The position numbers and the translations under genes were made by a program. DNA of 35,544 nucleotides. Origin: an uncultured Eubacteriales bacterium. Lineage in GTDB: Bacteria > Bacillota > Clostridia > Christensenellales > Aristaeellaceae. Positions 22,370 through 29,755 of this stretch are shown one piece after another; the stretch's first letter is position 1, and each line of letters starts with the position of its first letter. The stretch lies in the NCBI GenBank assembly GCA_902782795.1, contig CACZOT010000018.1, positions 1-35,544 of the forward strand, given 5' to 3'. The notes beneath the pieces are model-generated. The model worked only from the letters and a program-made list of their open reading frames with translations, made no database searches and had not been told where the DNA came from.

Positions 22370-25043
22370 GGTTTTCCTCCTCGCAGGGCAGCCAGATCGT
22401 CACGGCGATCCAGCCGTTCTCGTCCGAACCGAGGCGCACACCGCTGCGCGCGCCGTAGCGCAGGCGCAGCCGTTCCATGATGTTGCGAAGGCCGATGTGC
22501 GTCGTCGGCGCGGTGGAATCGATATGCTGGTTGATGGGTTCGATGGCGCCGACCGCCACGGGCAGGCCGTCGTTGGCGATGGTGAGGACGAGGCTCTCGC
22601 CCCGCCGCTCCAGGCCGACGCGCACGCGCAGGGTCTGGCCAGAGGTCATGCCATGCTTGATGGCGTTTTCGATCACCGGCTGCATGATGAACTTGGGCAC
22701 GACGGCCTTCTCCAGCTCCTCGTCGTAGGGAAGCCATTCCACGTCCAGCCGCTCGTGGAAGCGCGTCTTCTGCACCTCGATGTAGGAGCGCGTGAGGGCG
22801 ATCTCCCGCCCGAGGGGCACGTCCATGGAATCCATGGCCAATTCGTTGCGGAAAAAGCGCGCCACGACCTGAAGCGTCTCGCCCAGGGTCCGCGTCTCCC
22901 CCATGCGCAGCAGCAGCTGCATGGAGGCGAAGAGATTGCTGATCAGGTGGGAATCCAGCTGGGATTGGAGCGCGACGATCTCCGCCTCGCGCTTGCGCTT
23001 TTCCAGGTAGAGATTCTCCTCCTGGCGGCGTCGCTCCATCTGCTCCAGCTCATGGATGCGCCTCAGTGCGTTCTGGAAGCCCCGGGCGATGAGGGTGATC
23101 TCGCCCTCCCGCTCGAGCGCGGCGGGCAGATCGCTCCTGCCCGGAACGGCCGCGGTGAAGTAGTCCTCCAAAAGCCGCGCCGAACGCATGAAGCGCGTGG
23201 CGAACAGATACGACAGCCCCGTGAACAGCAGCGCCAGCACCGCCGTGAGCACGATCATCAGCCCGCCCAGGAGCCGCTCCGCGCTGGATACGACGTCGCT
23301 GGACATGAGGGCCACAAGCTGCCAGGAGGTGCCCTGCACGGGCTCTGTCACCAGGAGGTATTTCCCCGGAGTGCCTGCGGCGCTGCCCAGGGCGGTGGTG
23401 TCCAGCGGCCGCATGCCGCCGCGGTTCCCGCCCGCCAGGAGCTTCCCCTGCCCCATGCCCTCGATGAGATTGCGGTACGGCGCCGTCATGGGCACGTCCA
23501 AAAGACGCCAGGCGGACCTGTCGTAAATATACCAGAGGGTCTGGCCGGAGCGCGCCGCGCTGGCCAGGTTCCCGTCGATGGCGGCCTCGGCGTGCAATTC
23601 CGCGAAGCCCACGCAGGAAAAGAGGCGGCGGCCCGCCATGCGCCGGGTCACACGCAGGGGCACGAGTACGGCCAGGTCGCTTTCGCGCAGATTGGCCGTG
23701 GAGACGGTGATCGGGCGGTAGCTGTCGGCATACTCGGCGAGCAGGCCGTCAGTGAGCAAGGGGGCGAAGGGCGTGGTGCACAGCAGGACGTTTCCCTCCG
23801 CGTCGTAGAGACGCAGGCCGGAAACGCCGTCCAAACCGGAGAGCAGCTCCAGCGCGATCCCGCGCAGGTCCTCGCCGCCGCCGTCCGGCCGCTCCAGCCA
23901 ATCCATGAGCGCGGCGTTGGTGCGGGTCTTGTCGGCCTGGCGCAGGAGCCGCGCGTAATCGAAGCCGATGCCGCGGGCCGCCTGCTGGGCTGCCTGGCGC
24001 TGGAACTCCTGTGTGCAGTCGATCGCCGAGGCGGAAAAGGCCCGGAAAGCCGCGGGCGGCGTGATCACCGCGGGCAGGAGCGTGAGCAGGAACACGGCCA
24101 TGATCCGTCCGCGCAGACCGCCCCGCAGGGAAGGAGCGCCCCCGGGGCCCCTCTCCGCGGCCTGCCTCGCCTGCTCCGCCAAACGCCGCAGAGGCCTCAT
24201 GGCCAGATACGCCGCCGCCCAGAGGAGGGGCGCCATCGCCAGGGCCTGCGCCGCCACGACGAGCGCCAGCGGCCGGAGAGAGCCTCCCGCGCCGCGCAAA
24301 ACATCCTCCAGAGGGATCAGGGAGGAATAGCGCCTGTCATAGGAAATGCTCGTAAAGGATGTGAGGAAACAGAGCCGCCCGTCCACGCGGCAGAGGCGCT
24401 CCGCGGCCCCCTGCGCGCTCCGGGAGGAGAGCTCTTCCTCCATGGCCTGATTGGGTGCGAGGGAAAACAGGCGAGCGCCGGAATGGTCCGTCAGGAAGAA
24501 ATTGTCCACCGGGCCCTGGTAGACGCGCCCGGCGTCCAGCTGAGCGACCAGGTAGCAGGAACCGCCCACCTGGACCGTGAGGCGGTCGTACGCGTTCTCG
24601 CCGGAGCGCAGCCACTGCAGGGCGCTGGCCGAGGCGGCCGCGCGGGGCGGCGCGGTGCTGAAGCGGCTGGTGAAGAGGCGCTGGGGCGTGACGAGATACA
24701 TGGTCTCGAAATAGCTCTCTCCGGAGGTGTTCTCGATCAGCCGGGTGGTGATCTCGTCGTGCGCCTCCAGGGCGTCCTTGGTGCGGTCCACCTGTGCGGC
24801 CATGCGGGCCAGCTCCACCCAATCGATCTCCCCGCCCAGGGCGACGAGCTCGCGCTGCGCGGCCTGCAGGACCTTCTGGGCGTACTGGTCCATGGCCTCC
24901 AGGCAGGAGCGCCGGTTGGAGGCCGCTTCCCCCACCAGGAGCCACACGGCCACCGCCGCGCACAGCGACGCCGTCAGGGCCAGGACCAGCAGCTGCGCGA
25001 GCATGGCCCGCCGCCAGAGCCTGCGGGTGTAGCGCATGTTCAT
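22359..25043 (-). CDS. sensor histidine kinase, YesM-like (His_kinase + HATPase), with four TM segments and two extracytoplasmic domains
   Basis: 894 aa. Hydrophobic segments lie at about residues 13-37, 257-282, 314-334 and 591-616. A HAMP-like linker follows. The H-box region is LQSQLDSHLISNLFASMQ, the N-box is FIMQPVIENAIKHG and the G-box is IGLRNIMERLRLRYG. Its ATG overlaps the GH2 stop (ATGA at 25040-25043). Confidence 0.85.
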   Translation of the reverse strand: MNMRYTRRLWRRAMLAQLLVLALTASLCAAVAVWLLVGEAASNRRSCLEAMDQYAQKVLQAAQRELVALGGEIDWVELARMAAQVDRTKDALEAHDEITTRLIENTSGESYFETMYLVTPQRLFTSRFSTAPPRAAASASALQWLRSGENAYDRLTVQVGGSCYLVAQLDAGRVYQGPVDNFFLTDHSGARLFSLAPNQAMEEELSSRSAQGAAERLCRVDGRLCFLTSFTSISYDRRYSSLIPLEDVLRGAGGSLRPLALVVAAQALAMAPLLWAAAYLAMRPLRRLAEQARQAAERGPGGAPSLRGGLRGRIMAVFLLTLLPAVITPPAAFRAFSASAIDCTQEFQRQAAQQAARGIGFDYARLLRQADKTRTNAALMDWLERPDGGGEDLRGIALELLSGLDGVSGLRLYDAEGNVLLCTTPFAPLLTDGLLAEYADSYRPITVSTANLRESDLAVLVPLRVTRRMAGRRLFSCVGFAELHAEAAIDGNLASAARSGQTLWYIYDRSAWRLLDVPMTAPYRNLIEGMGQGKLLAGGNRGGMRPLDTTALGSAAGTPGKYLLVTEPVQGTSWQLVALMSSDVVSSAERLLGGLMIVLTAVLALLFTGLSYLFATRFMRSARLLEDYFTAAVPGRSDLPAALEREGEITLIARGFQNALRRIHELEQMERRRQEENLYLEKRKREAEIVALQSQLDSHLISNLFASMQLLLRMGETRTLGETLQVVARFFRNELAMDSMDVPLGREIALTRSYIEVQKTRFHERLDVEWLPYDEELEKAVVPKFIMQPVIENAIKHGMTSGQTLRVRVGLERRGESLVLTIANDGLPVAVGAIEPINQHIDSTAPTTHIGLRNIMERLRLRYGARSGVRLGSDENGWIAVTIWLPCEEENHGL

Positions 25044-26797
25044 TTCTCGTTCCAGGCCGGGCGCGTGAGGATGGCGGCGATGCGCTCAGGCGGGAACTTC
25101 GCCCGGCGGTCGAAGGTGTACAGGCCGTTGATCTCCTGCTCCACGTCGGTCAGCTGGGTATAGCAGAAGCCGCAGATGCCCCGCGTCTCCAGGGCCGCGT
25201 CCACGAGCCCCTCGAAGCGGCGGAAGAATTCCTCCTCCGTCTCCGGCAGGCCGCCGTAGCCCCAGCGGTCCTTGGGGATGCCGCCCATGATCCAGCCCGT
25301 GCCCCCGAATTCGCTGAGGAACACCGGCTGGCCGGCGCGCACGGGCATCTTCTGCCGCCAGTTCTTCATCCAGGGCATGAGCCCGGGCGAGAAGGTCTCG
25401 CCGTCCTTCGCAGCGGCGTAGGCCTCCAGGTTGGCGCGCAGTTCGGCGCCGTCCTGGGCGTAATCGTGGTAATCGAGGATATCCGTCTCGGCGCAGTGCA
25501 CCCATCCGCTGGTATCGATGACAGGGCGGGTCGGGTCCAGGGCGCGGGTGAGGCGGTAAGCGGCGAGGATGCAGGCCGGGTCGGTCGCGCGCTCCTCGGT
25601 CTCGTTGAAGGGGCACCAGCCCATCAGGGCCGGGCTGGAGATGTCGCGGCGCACCAGCTCCGTCCATTCCGCGAGGAAGCGCGGCATGTTGCGCCCGTCG
25701 GAGACGCTCATGCCCCAGTTGCCGTGCTCGTCCCAGACGAGGTAGCCCAGGCGGTCCGCCCAGTAGAGGAAGCGCGCCTCAAACATCTTCTGGTGGAGCC
25801 GCGCGCCGTTGAAGCCCATGGCCTTGGCTCGGAGGATATCGCCCTTGAGCTCCCCGTCCTCGGGCGCGGTGATGACGCCGTCCGGGTAGAAGCCTTGGTC
25901 CAGCACCAGGCGCAGATAGACCCGCTTCCCGTTGAGGAGCACGCCTTCGCGGTCCCATTCGATCTTGCGCAGGCCCGCGTAGCTGACGACGCGGTCCACG
26001 CCTGCTTCCGTCTCGAGCTCGACCTCGATATCGTAGAGGGCCGGGTCCTCGAGGCTCCAAAGGTGCGTCTCCTTCACGCCCACGAAGGCGCTCAGGGAGC
26101 GGCCGCCCGCCTTCCACGCGCCGCCGCCCATCTCCTTCCCCTGGAAGGAGACGCGCACTCGCAGCCATCCGCGCGCGTCCGGCGCGAGCTCCGCGGTCAT
26201 GTGGAAGCCGCCGTTGTCCGGATCGGGCAGCCATTGGAGGCGCTCGACGTACTTCTCGGGCACAGCCTCCATCCAGACCGTCTGCCAGATGCCCGTCGTG
26301 CGCGTGTAGAAGCAGCCGTGGCTGGCGAATACCTGGCTCTGCTTGCCGGAGGGCTGCCTTCCCGCGCGCACGTCCGAACGCGCCAGGACGACGATAGTGT
26401 TCTCTCCCTCGCGCGCGGCGCGGGTGACGTCCATGGTGAAGGAGGAATAGCCGCCCTCGTGCGTGCCGATCTCCACGCCGTTGAACCACACGGTGGTCTC
26501 ATAATCGCAGGCGCCGAAGTGCAGCAGCACGCGGCCCCGGAGCCAGTCCGCGCCGAGGGACACCGTGCGGCGGTACCAGCACGCGCGGATGAAATCCTTG
26601 TGCGCCACGCCGGAGAGGTCGCTTTCCGGGCAGAAGGGCACCCTGATCGTGCCGGGCAGGCTCTCCTTTTCCTGCCAGCGCTGCTCGCGGCCGCTGTCGC
26701 CCTCGTCGATGGCGAACTGCCAGGGGCCGTTCAGGTTCAGCCATTTTTCTCTCTGGAACTGGGGGCGGGGGTATTCGGGACGGGGGATCGCATGCAT
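25040..26797 (-). CDS. glycoside hydrolase family 2 (beta-galactosidase/beta-glucuronidase-type), cytoplasmic
   Basis: Track ORF 25040..26863 trimmed to the ATG at 26795-26797, after GAGAGGTG. The N-terminus is PRPEYPRPQFQREKWLNLNGPWQF. The candidate acid/base is in WCPFNETEE and the candidate nucleophile is in VFLSEFGGTGW. There is no signal peptide. Confidence 0.8.
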   Translation of the reverse strand: MHAIPRPEYPRPQFQREKWLNLNGPWQFAIDEGDSGREQRWQEKESLPGTIRVPFCPESDLSGVAHKDFIRACWYRRTVSLGADWLRGRVLLHFGACDYETTVWFNGVEIGTHEGGYSSFTMDVTRAAREGENTIVVLARSDVRAGRQPSGKQSQVFASHGCFYTRTTGIWQTVWMEAVPEKYVERLQWLPDPDNGGFHMTAELAPDARGWLRVRVSFQGKEMGGGAWKAGGRSLSAFVGVKETHLWSLEDPALYDIEVELETEAGVDRVVSYAGLRKIEWDREGVLLNGKRVYLRLVLDQGFYPDGVITAPEDGELKGDILRAKAMGFNGARLHQKMFEARFLYWADRLGYLVWDEHGNWGMSVSDGRNMPRFLAEWTELVRRDISSPALMGWCPFNETEERATDPACILAAYRLTRALDPTRPVIDTSGWVHCAETDILDYHDYAQDGAELRANLEAYAAAKDGETFSPGLMPWMKNWRQKMPVRAGQPVFLSEFGGTGWIMGGIPKDRWGYGGLPETEEEFFRRFEGLVDAALETRGICGFCYTQLTDVEQEINGLYTFDRRAKFPPERIAAILTRPAWNEK

Positions 26798-26850
26798 GGC
26801 AAGCACCTCTCGCTTTCGTATTTTGCCGGTCCTGGGGAGTTTCCGGCAGC

Positions 26851-26879
26851 AGTATAGCACCATCGTTTTTCTTTGGCTA
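26851..26879 (-). promoter_or_regulatory. candidate sigma-A promoter of the GH2-kinase-regulator operon
   Basis: On the minus strand: TAGCCA (26874-26879), a 17-nt spacer ending in TG, then TATACT (26851-26856), giving the extended -10 TGcTATACT. It lies ~55 nt upstream of the GH2 ATG. Confidence 0.55.
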
Positions 26880-26892
26880 GTCCTCAGGTGGC

Positions 26893-26947
26893 AAAAAAAC
26901 GGCCCGTGGGAAACGTGATCTCTGGGGACCTCGCGTTTCCCACGGGC
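26893..26947 (-). terminator. rho-independent terminator of the 810-aa gene
   Basis: GCCCGTGGGAAACG (26902-26915) pairs perfectly with CGTTTCCCACGGGC (26934-26947). On the minus strand the hairpin is followed by a run of seven T (A-run at 26893-26899 on the plus strand). Confidence 0.8.
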
Positions 26948-26980
26948 TGTCCTGTAGGACCGCTGACCTGCGCCATGGCG

Positions 26981-27094
26981 GGATTCTTAAGGGCCCCCGG
27001 CCCTTAAGCGGGAGTCCAGAGGGCAGAGCCCTCTGGCGGGGTGTGGGGCGGAGCCCCACAAGGGCGGCGGCCGTGAGGCCGCGCAAAGCCCCTG
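26981..27094 (-). repeat. multi-hairpin intergenic repeat, copy C (partial: the first three hairpin modules plus one extra hairpin)
   Basis: Four hairpins are present: CTTAAGGGCC-CCC-GGCCCTTAAG (26986-27008), CCAGAGGGC-AGA-GCCCTCTGG (27016-27036), GTGGGGC-GGA-GCCCCAC (27043-27059) and GCGGCC-GTGA-GGCCGC (27067-27082). The first three correspond to 1730-1797 in copy A. Confidence 0.7.
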
Positions 27095-29527
27095 TCAATA
27101 CAGCGCGGGCAAGGGCAGAGGCTCGTCGAGGAGCTTGCGACAGCGCTCCATGCCCTTGAAGATCTCGGGCAGGCGCATGAGGCTCTCGAGGGGCATGCTG
27201 GAGAGGAGCGTCGGCAGGCCGCGCTGGGAGATGGCACGGTCCAGAAGCTCCATGGGAGAGCACTGCATGTACGGCAGTACCGCGCTGCAGTAGCGCCACA
27301 GCGCGTCCAGCGAGCGGCGGCTCAGCGGCGTGCCCAGCTTATCCAGCTGCTCACGGATGGCGGTCATGCGCAGTTCCATTTCGCCAGGCAGATCGTTCAC
27401 CGGGGCGAAGATCTTCCCGAGCGTGTCCAGGGAAACGGCCTTGCCGTAGGCCATGGGCCGCGCGCCGGCGGGGCGCCAGGGCGTATCCGCGCCCATATGG
27501 CCCAGGCGGATCATATACGTGCGGTCGTAGAGCGCGGCGGGCACGGGATAGGCGTCGGGCATATCGTCGATGGAGACGAAGGTGCGCAGGCCGCTGGGCC
27601 GGCGCATCTGCGCGCCGTATACGCCGCCGACCAGCGCGCGGATATCCGGCTGGCTGTTGCCGCTGTTGAGCATGAGGAGGGAAGGCGCTTCGTCGTCGCA
27701 GACGATGCCGCCTTCGGAGACGAGCTGCTCGGCGGTCTTCGCGCTGGAAGTCATGGCGAAGCGCTTGTATTCCGGCTCCGAAATGCCCAAAGAACCCGCC
27801 AGCAGCCTCACGGTATCGCGCTTGCCGCTGCCCACGGGGCCGGAAATGAGGATCACCCGCCCCAGGGTCATGCAGGCGAGCAGGTTCACGGCCGCGTCGT
27901 TGGAGATGGGCCGCCCGGCGCGCTCGAAATAGGCGCGCACGTCGCTGATGAGTTCGCTGGCGGTGGGCGTGGTGGTCACGGGCCGGCGCGGCGGCAGGGT
28001 GTGTCCGCCCCGCATGCCGAGGATGAGATCCTTGGCGCGGCCCTGCATGGCGCTTTCCAGGAGCTTGTCGTCCACGTCATCCTGCAGGGTCTTCTCCAGG
28101 GCTTCCACCGCGGTCGTGGCGGCTGCGCGGGCCTGCTCCTCGGTCTCGCGCAGGGCGGCGATGTCCGCCTGCAGCGCTTCCTTTTTCTGGTCCAGCAGGG
28201 AGAATTCCTTGGCGTACTGGGTGCGGACCTCCTCGAGGATGTTGCCCCGCTCGGTCTCGCGGCGCAGGCGCAGGGCGTCCACCTCGGCGGAGAGGGCCAG
28301 CCGCTCGGCCTCGAGGGAGGTCATGCAGGCGTCGTCGCCGTTGAGAGCGGCGCGCTTGGCCCCGTACACGGCGGAGAGGGCCTCGTTGAGCGTCTCGTTG
28401 CGCAGCATCTCCTCGATGAGGCTGGCGCGCGCCTCCGGCATGTGCAGCACGGCGCGGATGGCGGTCATGGCGTTTTCTACGGGGTCGTCCGCGGGCGAGC
28501 CGGTGGCCTCCGCGGGCACGGGATGCCCCAGCTGGTCGATGCGGCTCTTGCGCCATTGCTCGTCCACGATCTCATAGAGCGAACGGCCGCGGCGCGGATT
28601 GATGCCCATCTGGGCCAGGAGCGCCTGCTCGCGCATGGTGATGCGCATGTTGATGGCGCGATGCGTGGTCATGCGCAAGGCGGGCTCGCCGGAAGCGCTC
28701 TGGGTGGGCTTGGGTTCGGACGCCTCCGCCTTCTCCGGACGCGGCTCCTCGGCGGGAGCCTCGGCCGCGGCGCTCTTTTCCTGTGCCGGATGGGCGGGCG
28801 CGCTCTCCTGCGCGCGAGCGGGCGCGGCGGGCGTCTGGGCCGGGGCGACTCTCGCGGGCGCGGGGCGCGGGATCTCCGGATCCGGCCCCAGGGCGGCCAC
28901 GTTCACATACACGTTGGCGCTCCCCGCCCCTTCTCCCTGGGGCAAGGAAAGGAGGATGCCGCTGGGCTGGTCCGCCCCTTGCCAGCCCCATTCCTCAGCC
29001 TGGGCGCGGGTGAAGAGGAACATGCCCTCCTCCCCCTCCACGGCCTCCCACTTCCAGGGGCCGGAGACGGCCCCCTGCGCGCGGACGGCCACGTAGGGCG
29101 TGACGGGCGCGTCCAGGCGCGCGGAGAAGCTCTCCCCGGCGGCGGGCTCGTCCAGATCGATCACCTGGGTGAGCAGGCCCGCCGACGGCGCGGCGATCAC
29201 GTCCGAATAGACGATGAAGGCGTTGCGGTCGCCGTCCTCGGGAGCGTAATTTTTGTTGGGACGGATCTTGTCGTTCTCGCCGGGATGGCGGCGCAGATCC
29301 AGCATGCAGTAGCGGCCGATGGTGCGCATGCGTCCCTTGAAGAAGCTCATTTCGTTTTTATCGGGCACGATGCGGATATATCCCTCGGAGGGGTAAACCT
29401 CCTCCGCGCTTTGGAACAGCTCGATCCGCTCCTCTTCCCGTACCAGAATGGGCCGCATGCGGAAATAGGATTTGACGGGGTTGTCCTCCTCCAGCAAAGC
29501 GATGGAGAGCCTTCCCGGAAGCGTCAT
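27095..29527 (-). CDS. large uncharacterised protein: novel N-terminal domain, Pro/Ala/Glu-rich linker, coiled-coil region, C-terminal P-loop NTPase-like domain with atypical Walker A
   Basis: 810-aa ORF with a GGGAGGA RBS 8 nt upstream and a consensus promoter. Residues ~215-285 are low complexity (PAPARVAPAQTPAAPARAQESAPAHPAQEK...). Residues ~400-500 are heptad-like and rich in Ala, Glu, Leu and Arg. The Walker A-like stretch is VILISGPVGSGKRDTVRLLAGSLG (GPVGSGKR at 27818-27841). A possible Walker B is GIVCDDEA about 40 aa later. LLMLNSGNSQPDIRALVGG loosely resembles the McrB/AAA_5 block hhhDEINRA. I recognise no family for the N-terminal 210 aa. Confidence 0.7.
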   Translation of the reverse strand: MTLPGRLSIALLEEDNPVKSYFRMRPILVREEERIELFQSAEEVYPSEGYIRIVPDKNEMSFFKGRMRTIGRYCMLDLRRHPGENDKIRPNKNYAPEDGDRNAFIVYSDVIAAPSAGLLTQVIDLDEPAAGESFSARLDAPVTPYVAVRAQGAVSGPWKWEAVEGEEGMFLFTRAQAEEWGWQGADQPSGILLSLPQGEGAGSANVYVNVAALGPDPEIPRPAPARVAPAQTPAAPARAQESAPAHPAQEKSAAAEAPAEEPRPEKAEASEPKPTQSASGEPALRMTTHRAINMRITMREQALLAQMGINPRRGRSLYEIVDEQWRKSRIDQLGHPVPAEATGSPADDPVENAMTAIRAVLHMPEARASLIEEMLRNETLNEALSAVYGAKRAALNGDDACMTSLEAERLALSAEVDALRLRRETERGNILEEVRTQYAKEFSLLDQKKEALQADIAALRETEEQARAAATTAVEALEKTLQDDVDDKLLESAMQGRAKDLILGMRGGHTLPPRRPVTTTPTASELISDVRAYFERAGRPISNDAAVNLLACMTLGRVILISGPVGSGKRDTVRLLAGSLGISEPEYKRFAMTSSAKTAEQLVSEGGIVCDDEAPSLLMLNSGNSQPDIRALVGGVYGAQMRRPSGLRTFVSIDDMPDAYPVPAALYDRTYMIRLGHMGADTPWRPAGARPMAYGKAVSLDTLGKIFAPVNDLPGEMELRMTAIREQLDKLGTPLSRRSLDALWRYCSAVLPYMQCSPMELLDRAISQRGLPTLLSSMPLESLMRLPEIFKGMERCRKLLDEPLPLPALY

Positions 29528-29596
29528 TTTCTGTATCCTCCCGTTTCATTTTTTGATTTGTGGGCGCATTGGGCAGTTTTCATCCACGCCCAAATT

Positions 29597-29625
29597 ATTG
29601 TACTATTGTTAATTAACTGTGTCAA
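29597..29625 (-). promoter_or_regulatory. near-consensus sigma-A promoter of the 810-aa gene
   Basis: On the minus strand: TTGACA (29620-29625), an exact 17-nt spacer, then TACAAT (29597-29602). It lies ~70 nt upstream of the ATG at 29527. Confidence 0.65.
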
Positions 29626-29689
29626 GGCCCATCTGTTTTTTCAGCGTTTTTTTGACCGGAGCACAGCTTCCCCCCCGGCGAAAATCCTG

Positions 29690-29718
29690 TTGGGTTTTGG
29701 CGGCGGGCGTGGTACAAT
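29690..29718 (+). promoter_or_regulatory. candidate promoter of the addB-like gene
   Basis: TTGGGT (29690-29695), a 17-nt spacer ending in TG, then TACAAT (29713-29718), giving the extended -10 TGgTACAAT. It lies ~40 nt upstream of the GTG at 29756. Confidence 0.45.
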
Positions 29719-29755
29719 AGGCGTAGGATCGCATAAAGAAGGGGAGGCGGCGCGC

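Noticed and set aside
28673-28885. The Pro/Ala/Glu-rich segment of the 810-aa gene, considered as a DNA tandem repeat or a contingency locus.
   Set aside because: At the nucleotide level there is no repeating unit, only biased composition. It reads as a disordered linker within one continuous frame.
27497-29755. The 5' two-fifths of the 1845-aa plus-strand ORF 27497..33034, which would make a giant fusion protein ending in AddB.
   Set aside because: This part is antisense to the well-supported 810-aa gene and has a low-complexity translation (GGHG, RGRG runs). It also crosses the AT-rich promoter region. AddB-like sequence, an RBS (GGGGAGG) and a promoter begin only around 29690-29756.
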